DNA of 64,000 nucleotides from positions 9,606 through 73,605 of the forward strand of contig JBBQXY010000002.1 of assembly GCA_038209195.1 (NCBI GenBank). The letters are read 5' to 3'. Origin of the DNA: Ktedonobacterales bacterium. GTDB lineage: Bacteria; Chloroflexota; Ktedonobacteria; Ktedonobacterales; Ktedonobacteraceae. Below, piece by piece: positions 8,242-15,867 of the stretch (the first letter of the stretch is position 1; the number at the start of each line of letters is the position of its first letter). Position numbers and translations under genes: made by a program. The notes beneath the pieces were generated by a model that worked only from the letters and a program-made list of their open reading frames with translations, did no database searches and was not told where the DNA came from.

Positions 8242-10299
8242 ATGAAGGTTTATAAGGCGGAACAAATCCGCAACGTAGCATTGATTTCCCACGTTGGTGC
8301 CGGAAAAACGTCGTTTGTAGATGCTGCACTCTTTGATAGTGGTGCGGTAACCCGTCAGGGCAAGGTAGATGAAGGAAGCTCCATCTCCGACTACGATCCT
8401 GATGAATTAAAACGACGGATGTCACTCAATACCACCGTGGTACCAGTCGAATGGAAAAACCACAAAATTAACCTCATCGATACTCCCGGCTATGCGGACT
8501 TCGTGGGGGAAGTGAAGGCAGGCCTGCGTGTAGCTGACGCCGCGCTGATCGTTGTGACGGCTGAAAAAGGCGTTGAGGTAGGAACTGAACTCACATGGCA
8601 GTTCGCGGACGAGCGCAACTTGCCGCGCATAGTGCTTGTCAATAAGCTGGATCGTGAAAATACCTCATTTGATACCGCTCTCAAATCATTGCGCGATCAG
8701 TTTGGCGTCAAAGTCGTCCCTCTCCAGGTACCTATCGGTGATCAAGCCAATTTCAAAGGCGTGGTAGACCTCGTCTCACAGAAGGGCTATACCTTTGAAG
8801 GTGGCAACAAAGTACAGGAAGTCGCTATTCCTGCTGACCTCAAGGAAAGCATCAGCGCGTACCGCGAACAGTTAATCGAGTCCGCCGTTGAGAGCGACGA
8901 CGCGATTATGGAAAAGTTCCTGGAAGGCGAAGAGTTGAGCGACGAGGAAATTCTCTCCGTTGTGAAAAAAGGCACCAGCAGCGGTCAGTTGATTCCCGTT
9001 TTGTGCGGCTCCACCGCTAAAAATGTCGGTGTGCAGACCCTCCTCGATGCTATCATTGAGTATTTGCCATCTGCTGCCGAGGCCCAGGCAGATGAAGCAA
9101 AAGCTCCTGGCAATGCGCTCTCACAGTTTGTCTTTAAGACAGCCGCCGCCCAGGTTGGCACCATCTCCTACTTCCGTGTCTATAGTGGCACGCTCAAACC
9201 AGACATGCATGTTTACAATGTGCGTACTAAAGCTGATGAGCGCATCGGGCAATTGATCATCCCACGCGGGAAATTGCAAGAAACCGCGACCGAGATTCCT
9301 GCCGGTGATATTGGTGCCGTCGCCAAACTTTCTAATACGCATACTGGCGATACGCTGGTCAGCAACAAGGACGTGACAGTGGATCTGGCACCAATTAACT
9401 TCCCACAACCGTGTTACACTGTCGCGGTCGTTCCCAAGAGCCAGGCCGACCTGGATAAGATGGGGAATGCCCTGGGACGCGTGGTGGAAGAAGATCGTAC
9501 CTTGCGTGTTTCCCGCGACCCCGAAACAGCGGAAGTGCTACTTTCTGGCATGGGTGAGTCGCACCTACAGATTACGATTGAAGGCATCAAACGCAAGTAT
9601 GCCGTTGATCTAGACGCCCACGAACAACGCATCTCTTATCGTGAGACCATTCGCAAAAAGGCGCGCGCCAACGGGCGCCACAAGCGGCAAAGCGGTGGTC
9701 ACGGCCAGTTCGGAGATGTCTGGTTAGAGATCGAACCGCTCCCCATGGGCAGTGAAGAAACCTTCATCTTTGAAGACAAAATCGTGGGCGGCGTGGTACC
9801 AGGCCAATACATCCCCGGTGTCGAAAAAGGCGTGCGCGAGTCCCTGCGACGCGGTTTTCTATCGGGCAATCCCATGCTCTACGTAAAGGTCGCCCTAGTA
9901 GATGGCAAATACCATCCGGTAGATTCATCGGCCCAGGCATTTGAAGTCGCCGCTTCGCTCGGTATGCAAGAGGCTGTCCCTCTGGCCAACCCAACGCTAC
10001 TGGAGCCTGTGATGACCGCAACCATTACGGTGCCAGAGCACTATATGGGCGATGTGATGAGCGATATCAATACGAAACGCGGACGCGTGTTGGGCATGAA
10101 TTCGCTGGACAGTGGGATGCAACAGATTGTTGCGCATGTCCCACAAGCCGAGATGCTCCATTATGCTACCGATATGCGCTCCATCACGCAAGGCCGTGGC
10201 TCCTTCACATTGGTATTCTATCAATACGAAGAAGTTCCCGCCAATGTGCAGCAAGATATCATCGCCCAGCACAAGAAGGCTTTAGAAGCGAAGAAATAA
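8242..10299 (+). CDS. elongation factor G family GTPase (paralogue-type N-terminus)
   Basis: GTPase motifs are G1 SHVGAGKTS, G3 DTPGYADF and G4 NKLD. The 685-aa length fits a five-domain EF-G. A strong RBS (CAGGAGGA) lies upstream. Confidence 0.9.
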   Translation: MKVYKAEQIRNVALISHVGAGKTSFVDAALFDSGAVTRQGKVDEGSSISDYDPDELKRRMSLNTTVVPVEWKNHKINLIDTPGYADFVGEVKAGLRVADAALIVVTAEKGVEVGTELTWQFADERNLPRIVLVNKLDRENTSFDTALKSLRDQFGVKVVPLQVPIGDQANFKGVVDLVSQKGYTFEGGNKVQEVAIPADLKESISAYREQLIESAVESDDAIMEKFLEGEELSDEEILSVVKKGTSSGQLIPVLCGSTAKNVGVQTLLDAIIEYLPSAAEAQADEAKAPGNALSQFVFKTAAAQVGTISYFRVYSGTLKPDMHVYNVRTKADERIGQLIIPRGKLQETATEIPAGDIGAVAKLSNTHTGDTLVSNKDVTVDLAPINFPQPCYTVAVVPKSQADLDKMGNALGRVVEEDRTLRVSRDPETAEVLLSGMGESHLQITIEGIKRKYAVDLDAHEQRISYRETIRKKARANGRHKRQSGGHGQFGDVWLEIEPLPMGSEETFIFEDKIVGGVVPGQYIPGVEKGVRESLRRGFLSGNPMLYVKVALVDGKYHPVDSSAQAFEVAASLGMQEAVPLANPTLLEPVMTATITVPEHYMGDVMSDINTKRGRVLGMNSLDSGMQQIVAHVPQAEMLHYATDMRSITQGRGSFTLVFYQYEEVPANVQQDIIAQHKKALEAKK

Positions 10300-10360
10300 T
10301 ACGTTTAGCAACAGGGTGTGTGACCATACGGTCACACACCCTGTTGCTAAACGTATTATT
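10295..10360. terminator. perfect 31-bp stem hairpin between convergent genes; left arm overlaps EF-G stop codon
   Basis: The arms are aataatacgtttagcaacagggtgtgtgacc and ggtcacacaccctgttgctaaacgtattatt, separated by the loop atac. A T-rich run follows. Confidence 0.7.
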
Positions 10361-10368
10361 TTGTAGCA

Positions 10369-11067
10369 CTATCTTGAAATTAGGCGAGCGATCAGGAAAG
10401 CGGCGGCGGCGGCAAGTCCGCCGATAAGTGCTGTTTGCAGGGCACTTCTGAACGGTTTGGCACCGGTAAAGCGTCCTTTGACGTAGCCGAAGACCAGTAA
10501 TGCAAGCAAGGTGGCAATGACTGAAACCAGCAGTGCCGTTGACGCTGGTGTGAATAAGAAGTAGGGACTGAGGGGAATTAAGCCGCCCACGATGTAAGAT
10601 GCGGCAATGGTAAGTGCGCTTGTTAATGCTCGCTTGGGGTCTGGCTTTTCGAGGCCAAGTTCGAAGCGCATCATAAAATCGATCCAGGCATCAGGACGCT
10701 TGCTCAAGGCCTCCACAATAGGTGTACTTTCTACCTTGGTGAGACCGTAGGAGACAAAAACGTCCATCACTTCCGCTTTTTCGGCTTCTGTTTTTTCTTT
10801 GATCTCTTGTTGTTCGCGCACACGCTCACTGTCGTAATGTTCAGCGTCGCTACGTGCCGCCAGGTATCCACCAAGCCCCATCGCGATGGAACCCGCCGCA
10901 ATCTCAGCAAGTCCCGCGGTGATGATAATCGTGGTTGAACTCACGGCACCTGAGAGTCCAGCGGCTAAGGCAAACGGAACTGTCAGCCCATCAGACATAC
11001 CAATAACTATGTCGCGAACAGTCTCTCCAGCGGTAAAGTGTCGCTCAATATGTGGTGTTTGTGGCAC
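10369..11067 (-). CDS. VIT1/CCC1-family iron/manganese transporter
   Basis: The layout is TM1 (GMSDGLTVPFALAAGLSG), a central Glu-rich cytoplasmic helix region (EQQEIKEKTEAEKAE) and C-terminal TM helices. Confidence 0.8.
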   Translation of the reverse strand: MPQTPHIERHFTAGETVRDIVIGMSDGLTVPFALAAGLSGAVSSTTIIITAGLAEIAAGSIAMGLGGYLAARSDAEHYDSERVREQQEIKEKTEAEKAEVMDVFVSYGLTKVESTPIVEALSKRPDAWIDFMMRFELGLEKPDPKRALTSALTIAASYIVGGLIPLSPYFLFTPASTALLVSVIATLLALLVFGYVKGRFTGAKPFRSALQTALIGGLAAAAAFLIARLISR

Positions 11068-11094
11068 AGCTTCTTTCCTCGTTTCGATTTTTCT

Positions 11095-11400
11095 TTATAT
11101 TTTTCGCTTGTGATTTCCTTTTCCTCTACCCTGTTTGGCCCCTTGTGGTTGTTTATCTCGTGTCAGAAAGGCGTTGGCATCCTCCTCGTGTCCGTTTGTT
11201 AGTAACCATGCACGCGCTTGTTCGTGGAGGTCGCGCAGTGTAGGGCTGCCCGCGATCATCATCCACATGGCGAACTTTGCATCCTCCGGTTGACCAGGAG
11301 ACCATTGTTTCTCGGCTATAAGAAAAGCAGATACCTGCTCCACATCCTGTGTGCGCAGGACGGCATCTAATCGTTGTCGAAAACTAGCATAATCAGCCAT
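11095..11400 (-). CDS. hypothetical protein
   Basis: This is a 101-aa ORF on the same strand as its neighbours. I recognised no motif. Confidence 0.5.
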   Translation of the reverse strand: MADYASFRQRLDAVLRTQDVEQVSAFLIAEKQWSPGQPEDAKFAMWMMIAGSPTLRDLHEQARAWLLTNGHEEDANAFLTRDKQPQGAKQGRGKGNHKRKI

Positions 11401-11433
11401 AGGTCACTTCCTCATTCTTCATACATCAAAATA

Positions 11434-12030
11434 CTATGGGTGTATTTTCTGGTTATTGGCTAACATTTCGATAAACTTGGTTATGCGAGCAGAGCGGGTG
11501 GCAGGCTTTTTAGCGGTTTGGATTCTAAAAATGAAAGCGTAGCGATTTGCGCTATCTAACGTGCCAAAAAAATCTTTAGCCTGCTGGTTTTTGTCCAGCT
11601 CACTTTGAAAGTCAGGTGGAATTGTTATCTTGCTCTGGGATTCGTAGGCTACGTCCCAGCGACCATCGGCTTGAGCTAGCTCCACTTGTCGCATCCCCGC
11701 TGGCTGCATCCTGCCTTCGGCAATAAGTGCCATGGCTTTATTACAATTCACCTTTGACCACATACTCTTTGAACGGCGTGGCGTGAATTTTTGTAACCAG
11801 TACGTGTCATCAAAAGGAGCTTTTTGACCATCGATCCAACCATAGCACAAGGCAATGTCTAATGCCTCTGCATAATTGATAGAAGGTATACCAGTACCTT
11901 TTTTGGCGAATTTGAGCCAAACGCCCTCGATGCCGGTATGGTGTTCTAGGAGCCACCTTTCCCAGTCTTGTGGGGTCTCAAATGTCTCCATTGGGAGACG
12001 ATTAGTATCTTTCATACCAGCATTATACAA
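11434..12030 (-). CDS. YdeI/OmpD-associated family protein (DUF1801-like)
   Basis: The sequence pattern (WLKFAKKGTGIPSINYAEALDIALCYGWIDG...RSARITKFIEML) is typical of the YdeI family. The start is uncertain, with alternative ATGs at 12015 and 11991. Confidence 0.7.
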   Translation of the reverse strand: MYNAGMKDTNRLPMETFETPQDWERWLLEHHTGIEGVWLKFAKKGTGIPSINYAEALDIALCYGWIDGQKAPFDDTYWLQKFTPRRSKSMWSKVNCNKAMALIAEGRMQPAGMRQVELAQADGRWDVAYESQSKITIPPDFQSELDKNQQAKDFFGTLDSANRYAFIFRIQTAKKPATRSARITKFIEMLANNQKIHP

Positions 12031-12271
12031 AATTTGGGTAACTCGCTGCTAAGCAGTGCCAGTACTCTGTTCCACTTCATTTTACGAGCAGGGATGTAAG
12101 GGACTGCCGTCCCTTGACTGGGTTCTAGGGCTGCGCCCTAGTTCTCCCTCCCCTGCTGCCTTCGGCGGCAAGTCACATAAAGAGGGACAAAGCAGTGCTA
12201 GAGTATATTGAATAAGAATTTGACTCTCCCGTAAAATGTAAGTATAAGTACTAGTCTTGTGTGCGAAGAAC

Positions 12272-12300
12272 TTGACTCTTGTCCATAAAATACGTACAAT
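12272..12300 (+). promoter_or_regulatory. sigma-70-like promoter candidate
   Basis: TTGACT (12272-12277), a 17-nt spacer, then TACAAT (12295-12300). A second, similar copy (TTGACT-17-TATAAG) lies about 50 nt upstream at 12220-12248. Confidence 0.45.
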
Positions 12301-12369
12301 GCCTGAAACGCAGGACAGGAAAATCGTCACTGTTTGGGGATAACACCACATCTAAGCATGAGGTAACAA

Positions 12370-13083
12370 TTGCAGCGCGAACGAATTTATTCAGCACCGT
12401 CGCTGATAGACGTAGTTAAGCAACTGCTTATTTATCGCTCCACTGGCGTGCTTACTATTTGGCGTGCAGCGGTTTCACGTCAGAACGAGGTCAAAATTAC
12501 GGTAGAACAAGGACGCCCCATTCGCGCTTTCTGGGGCGCGTCCTACAGAGAAGAGATGAACGATTCTATCCTCCATTGGTTTCACAACTGGGGCGAAATC
12601 CATTTCTCGTTTCAAGCTACCGAAACTCGCCTACAGTTACCTCCTCCTTCCCAACATGTGCTACAAACGGAGCACCCGTTATCGCGTACTTCCCCCAACA
12701 ATGCCGCGCCACAGGATTTCTCACGGCAAGCTAGCGTTACTCTTCCACTGTCTAGATTACCTGCGCTACCTTCTGCATCATCCCAACCACCGCAGCAAAG
12801 TTCATTCCTCAACCATGCCAATCATGGCTCGTCCGATCCGGACGCGCTTACGAACGCCGAGACCGTGGTGGCTAGCTTAACTACGCAAGGGCGAGAATTT
12901 TCCGCAGCCAACCTCCCACGCCACGAGCGTACCATCTTTCTACTGATCAATGGACGACGAACAGCAGTTGACCTGGCGCAACTGACGAAACGCACGCTTG
13001 ACGATGTTCACGTAACATTGTATCGCTTACAGAGCATGCAACTCGTCACCATCAATACCTTCCCTACAGTTCAGCACAGGTAA
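12370..13083 (+). CDS. hypothetical protein (possible DUF4388-like N-terminus, Pro/Ser-rich linker, winged-helix-like C-terminus)
   Basis: It has a TTG start with GAGGT 6 nt upstream. The C-terminal segment (IFLLINGRRTAVDLAQLTKRTLDDVHVTLYRLQSMQLV) looks like a wHTH. The domain calls are tentative. Confidence 0.55.
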   Translation: MQRERIYSAPSLIDVVKQLLIYRSTGVLTIWRAAVSRQNEVKITVEQGRPIRAFWGASYREEMNDSILHWFHNWGEIHFSFQATETRLQLPPPSQHVLQTEHPLSRTSPNNAAPQDFSRQASVTLPLSRLPALPSASSQPPQQSSFLNHANHGSSDPDALTNAETVVASLTTQGREFSAANLPRHERTIFLLINGRRTAVDLAQLTKRTLDDVHVTLYRLQSMQLVTINTFPTVQHR

Positions 13084-13098
13084 TGATAGAACGGATGC

Positions 13099-13758
13099 TC
13101 AGTTCAACATACTGCGATCATCGGAGTCTGTCTTCGCTATAATCTGACGCATGAAGGGAACCTCGCGGCGCAAAATCACAATCTCTTCCCGCAAACGCTG
13201 TATTGTTGAGGTAAGCTCCAAAAAATGTTGCTTTTGTTCATCCTGGATATCCAAAAAGTAAGCAATAAAGTGTGAGAGTGCTTCGGGGTCGTCCGGCAAA
13301 TGTGAGCGTATATCTTTCTCTTGCTCGTTGGCCGCTTGTAGTAGCATTTCGAGATACGTACCAAACAAGTTATGGGCTTTCCGACCCTCAACTTCCAACA
13401 TATCTTTGGGCTCAACAACATCCCTGTATAGCTCTACCACCCCTGATAAATATGGTTTCAAATGGTGCTTACTGATGATACGAAACCGCTGCGCCCCAAT
13501 TGCCATGAGGACATACCGCCCATCCTCCAATTGGCTGAGATTGTGAATCTCCGCCATCGTGCCCACGGCATAGGGTTCCTCTTGTAAAGGCAGGCTATTG
13601 GGACGTGCCAGCACCACACCAAACGGCGTCTTTTGTTGGACACACTCGGCGATCATCTGCCGATAGCGCGGCTCAAAGATATGCAAAGGCAGCACAACAC
13701 CTGGAAAAAGCACGACGTTTAACGGAAATAAAGGCAACTCAATGGCTGAAGCTGACAT
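13099..13758 (-). CDS. LON N-terminal (substrate-binding) domain protein
   Basis: LPLFPLNVVLFPGVVLPLHIFEPRYRQMI is the hallmark start of stand-alone LON-domain proteins. The protein is 219 aa. Confidence 0.85.
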   Translation of the reverse strand: MSASAIELPLFPLNVVLFPGVVLPLHIFEPRYRQMIAECVQQKTPFGVVLARPNSLPLQEEPYAVGTMAEIHNLSQLEDGRYVLMAIGAQRFRIISKHHLKPYLSGVVELYRDVVEPKDMLEVEGRKAHNLFGTYLEMLLQAANEQEKDIRSHLPDDPEALSHFIAYFLDIQDEQKQHFLELTSTIQRLREEIVILRREVPFMRQIIAKTDSDDRSMLN

Positions 13759-13837
13759 GGGTTTGCTCCTTTATCAACACCAATGATGGTTGGCTCTGCA
13801 TATCTTTCTTCTCGATACCTCTAGTCGCTTCCCTCTT

Positions 13838-13976
13838 TAGGCAAGGTTCAAACGCATATGACCGTTTCTCATCACCACAAAGGTTCAGCTCTGTCTTGCT
13901 GCGCGCAGCTAAGCATCTCCGTGCCACGCCATATGCTTCGCTGCGCTCAGCATGACAAAGCGTCGCTCAGGATGAC
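13838..13976 (-). repeat. miniature repeat, GTCATTCTGAG superfamily (diverged copy, opposite orientation to copy at 32678)
   Basis: ggcaaggttcaaacgcatatgaccgtttctcatcacc matches the reverse complement of 32796-32832. It is followed by ...gcttcgctgcgctcagcatgac and gcgtcgctcaggatgac. Confidence 0.75.
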
Positions 13977-14034
13977 AAAAATTCTCTAAGCATAGCTTAA
14001 CGCCAAAAGTACGTTTCTGACAAGTCAAAAAACT

Positions 14035-14096
14035 GGAAGGTCACTGTTCTCGTGGGCGAAAACCACCGCGTTCATGCGCGAGAACAGTGACCTTCC
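14035..14096. other. 18-20 bp inverted repeat with 25-nt loop in AT-rich intergenic region
   Basis: The arms are ggaaggtcactgttctcg and cgagaacagtgaccttcc. Confidence 0.5.
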
Positions 14097-14234
14097 AATT
14101 ACTATAATTAACAGTAATTATTATTATAACTTTTTAGCATAATGCGACGATGATCTATATACGTTAATTATAATACACAAGAATGATTTAAATATGGGAT
14201 CTTTTGCTCTGTTTAATAGCGTATAGTGCTGTTG

Positions 14235-15848
14235 TCAGCACTCTACTGCCATTATTTCGCCACCACGTTCAGCCGAACGTTTCGCGGCCTCCATCACCAC
14301 GATGTTGCGCCGCGCTTCCTCAGGCGGTACCGCTAACGGCTCTCCAGAGTGCAGGTGATTGGCCAGGTTGCGATGAAACGGGTTGATCGGTGGGGAAGGC
14401 AACATGACATGTTGCTCGTGGATAGCACCACCGAGGTCACGTGTAAAGATGCTCAACGCTGGCAGCGTTTCAGAGGGTGCCAGACGCTGCTCGATCAAGT
14501 CCCCTGACCATCGTCGTGTCTTCACCGCTTCCTGCCGCCAATGACCAACAATCGCCCCTTGCTCCCCCAAGATATACCACTTGGGCTTCAGTGCGGCAGC
14601 GATATCCGAATGCAAAAATTCCGCCTCTTGCCCACCTGCAAAGCGGATATAGACACCGGATTGGTCAGCATTGGTAACATCGTGCCAGACGCGCTTATGC
14701 TCGACGCCACGCACACTGACCACTCGTTCAGGAATTAATTGCAGGATCCAATCCAGGTAGTGGGAACCCCAGTCATAAAATACGCCACCAGAAATAGGTT
14801 CGTGTGAATGCCAGTAATCGCAGGGGTGAGCATAGCCACCAATAAAGGTTTCCATGTGAAAAACATCCCCAATCGTCCCGCGCCGCACTATCTCCTGAAT
14901 AGCCAGAAAATCAGCATCCCAACGACGGCACTGGTAGACCGTTAAGGCCCGTTGTCGCTCACGCGCAAGCTGTATCATGCCATCAGCTTCTGCCGTCGTC
15001 AAGCAAAAGGGTTTCTCCGACACTACATGTTTGCCGGCCTCTAACATTTGCATGGTGATAGCCGCGTGGGTATTGGGAGGCGTTGAGACAATCACCAGAT
15101 CAATACTAGGGTCTTCGGCCACCTGCTCAAGATTCAAACAGGTTTGTACTCCTGGGAATGCTTGTTGTGCTATCGCTAAACGCTCCTCGTTGCGATCACA
15201 AACGAGCGCGTATTCTAATCCTGGCACTTGCGAAATGGCAGTCCCATGTTCAAAACCGATGGCTCCATAGCCGATCATAGCAACACGGGCTGGGCGTTCC
15301 TCTGTCTCAACACCAGAGGCATAGCGAATAGCACGCGCCACCATTTGTTCATACACTGGATGAGCAGCAGAAGCAGGTGTACCGCCGAGCGTCGTACAGA
15401 AAACGCGCCCAGCGCCGTAATTGAAGGCATAAGCGAGGGTGTAAGAGGTATAGTGCCAGGTGGTACGCCACAGAACAGTGGCAGCAGCGGGAACTCGCGC
15501 CAACATATAGACGCTCTCAAGCACAGCAAAAGAGGTATCGACCCTGCGCGTGATATAGTGGTCGGGATGAGCAAGGCGCACAATTATCTCACTGTGCATC
15601 GAACATGTCCCCCGAATATCACCCAACACCTGCCCTAGGAGTTCATATTCGTGGTAGGTCTCAGCCGCGTTACCAACGCACACCAAGCCACCACCGCGCT
15701 CAACAAAGCTGACGAGTGCCTCTTCCTGTTGCAAAGTCAGCGGTCCCGAATTGCCATCAAGCACAAACACCTGACCTGGGCGCAACTGGTCGAGCGTATC
15801 AAGCATGGTAAGTGATTGGACAACTTCGACCTCGTGTAAAGTAATCAT
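14235..15848 (-). CDS. fusion protein: ThuA-like (class-I amidotransferase-like) N-domain + Gfo/Idh/MocA NAD(P)-dependent oxidoreductase
   Basis: The Rossmann segment is RVAMIGYGAIGFEHG...VIVSTPPNTHAAITMQMLEAGKHVVSEKP. I placed the start at ATG 15848 (MITLHEV) with GGAG upstream, 20 nt after the cysS stop. The ORF-track extension to 16088 overlaps cysS. Confidence 0.8.
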   Translation of the reverse strand: MITLHEVEVVQSLTMLDTLDQLRPGQVFVLDGNSGPLTLQQEEALVSFVERGGGLVCVGNAAETYHEYELLGQVLGDIRGTCSMHSEIIVRLAHPDHYITRRVDTSFAVLESVYMLARVPAAATVLWRTTWHYTSYTLAYAFNYGAGRVFCTTLGGTPASAAHPVYEQMVARAIRYASGVETEERPARVAMIGYGAIGFEHGTAISQVPGLEYALVCDRNEERLAIAQQAFPGVQTCLNLEQVAEDPSIDLVIVSTPPNTHAAITMQMLEAGKHVVSEKPFCLTTAEADGMIQLARERQRALTVYQCRRWDADFLAIQEIVRRGTIGDVFHMETFIGGYAHPCDYWHSHEPISGGVFYDWGSHYLDWILQLIPERVVSVRGVEHKRVWHDVTNADQSGVYIRFAGGQEAEFLHSDIAAALKPKWYILGEQGAIVGHWRQEAVKTRRWSGDLIEQRLAPSETLPALSIFTRDLGGAIHEQHVMLPSPPINPFHRNLANHLHSGEPLAVPPEEARRNIVVMEAAKRSAERGGEIMAVEC

Positions 15849-15867
15849 GAATGATTTTTTCTCCTGT

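Noticed and set aside
12082-12351. 89-aa ORF; also the similar ORFs 13605..13955, 13739..13927 and 32647..32880
   Set aside because: These are read-throughs of repeat or hairpin elements, giving peptides such as ..FSSPPVILSAAKNLRPREILRCAQNDK... They have no RBS and lie in intergenic positions, so I consider them spurious.
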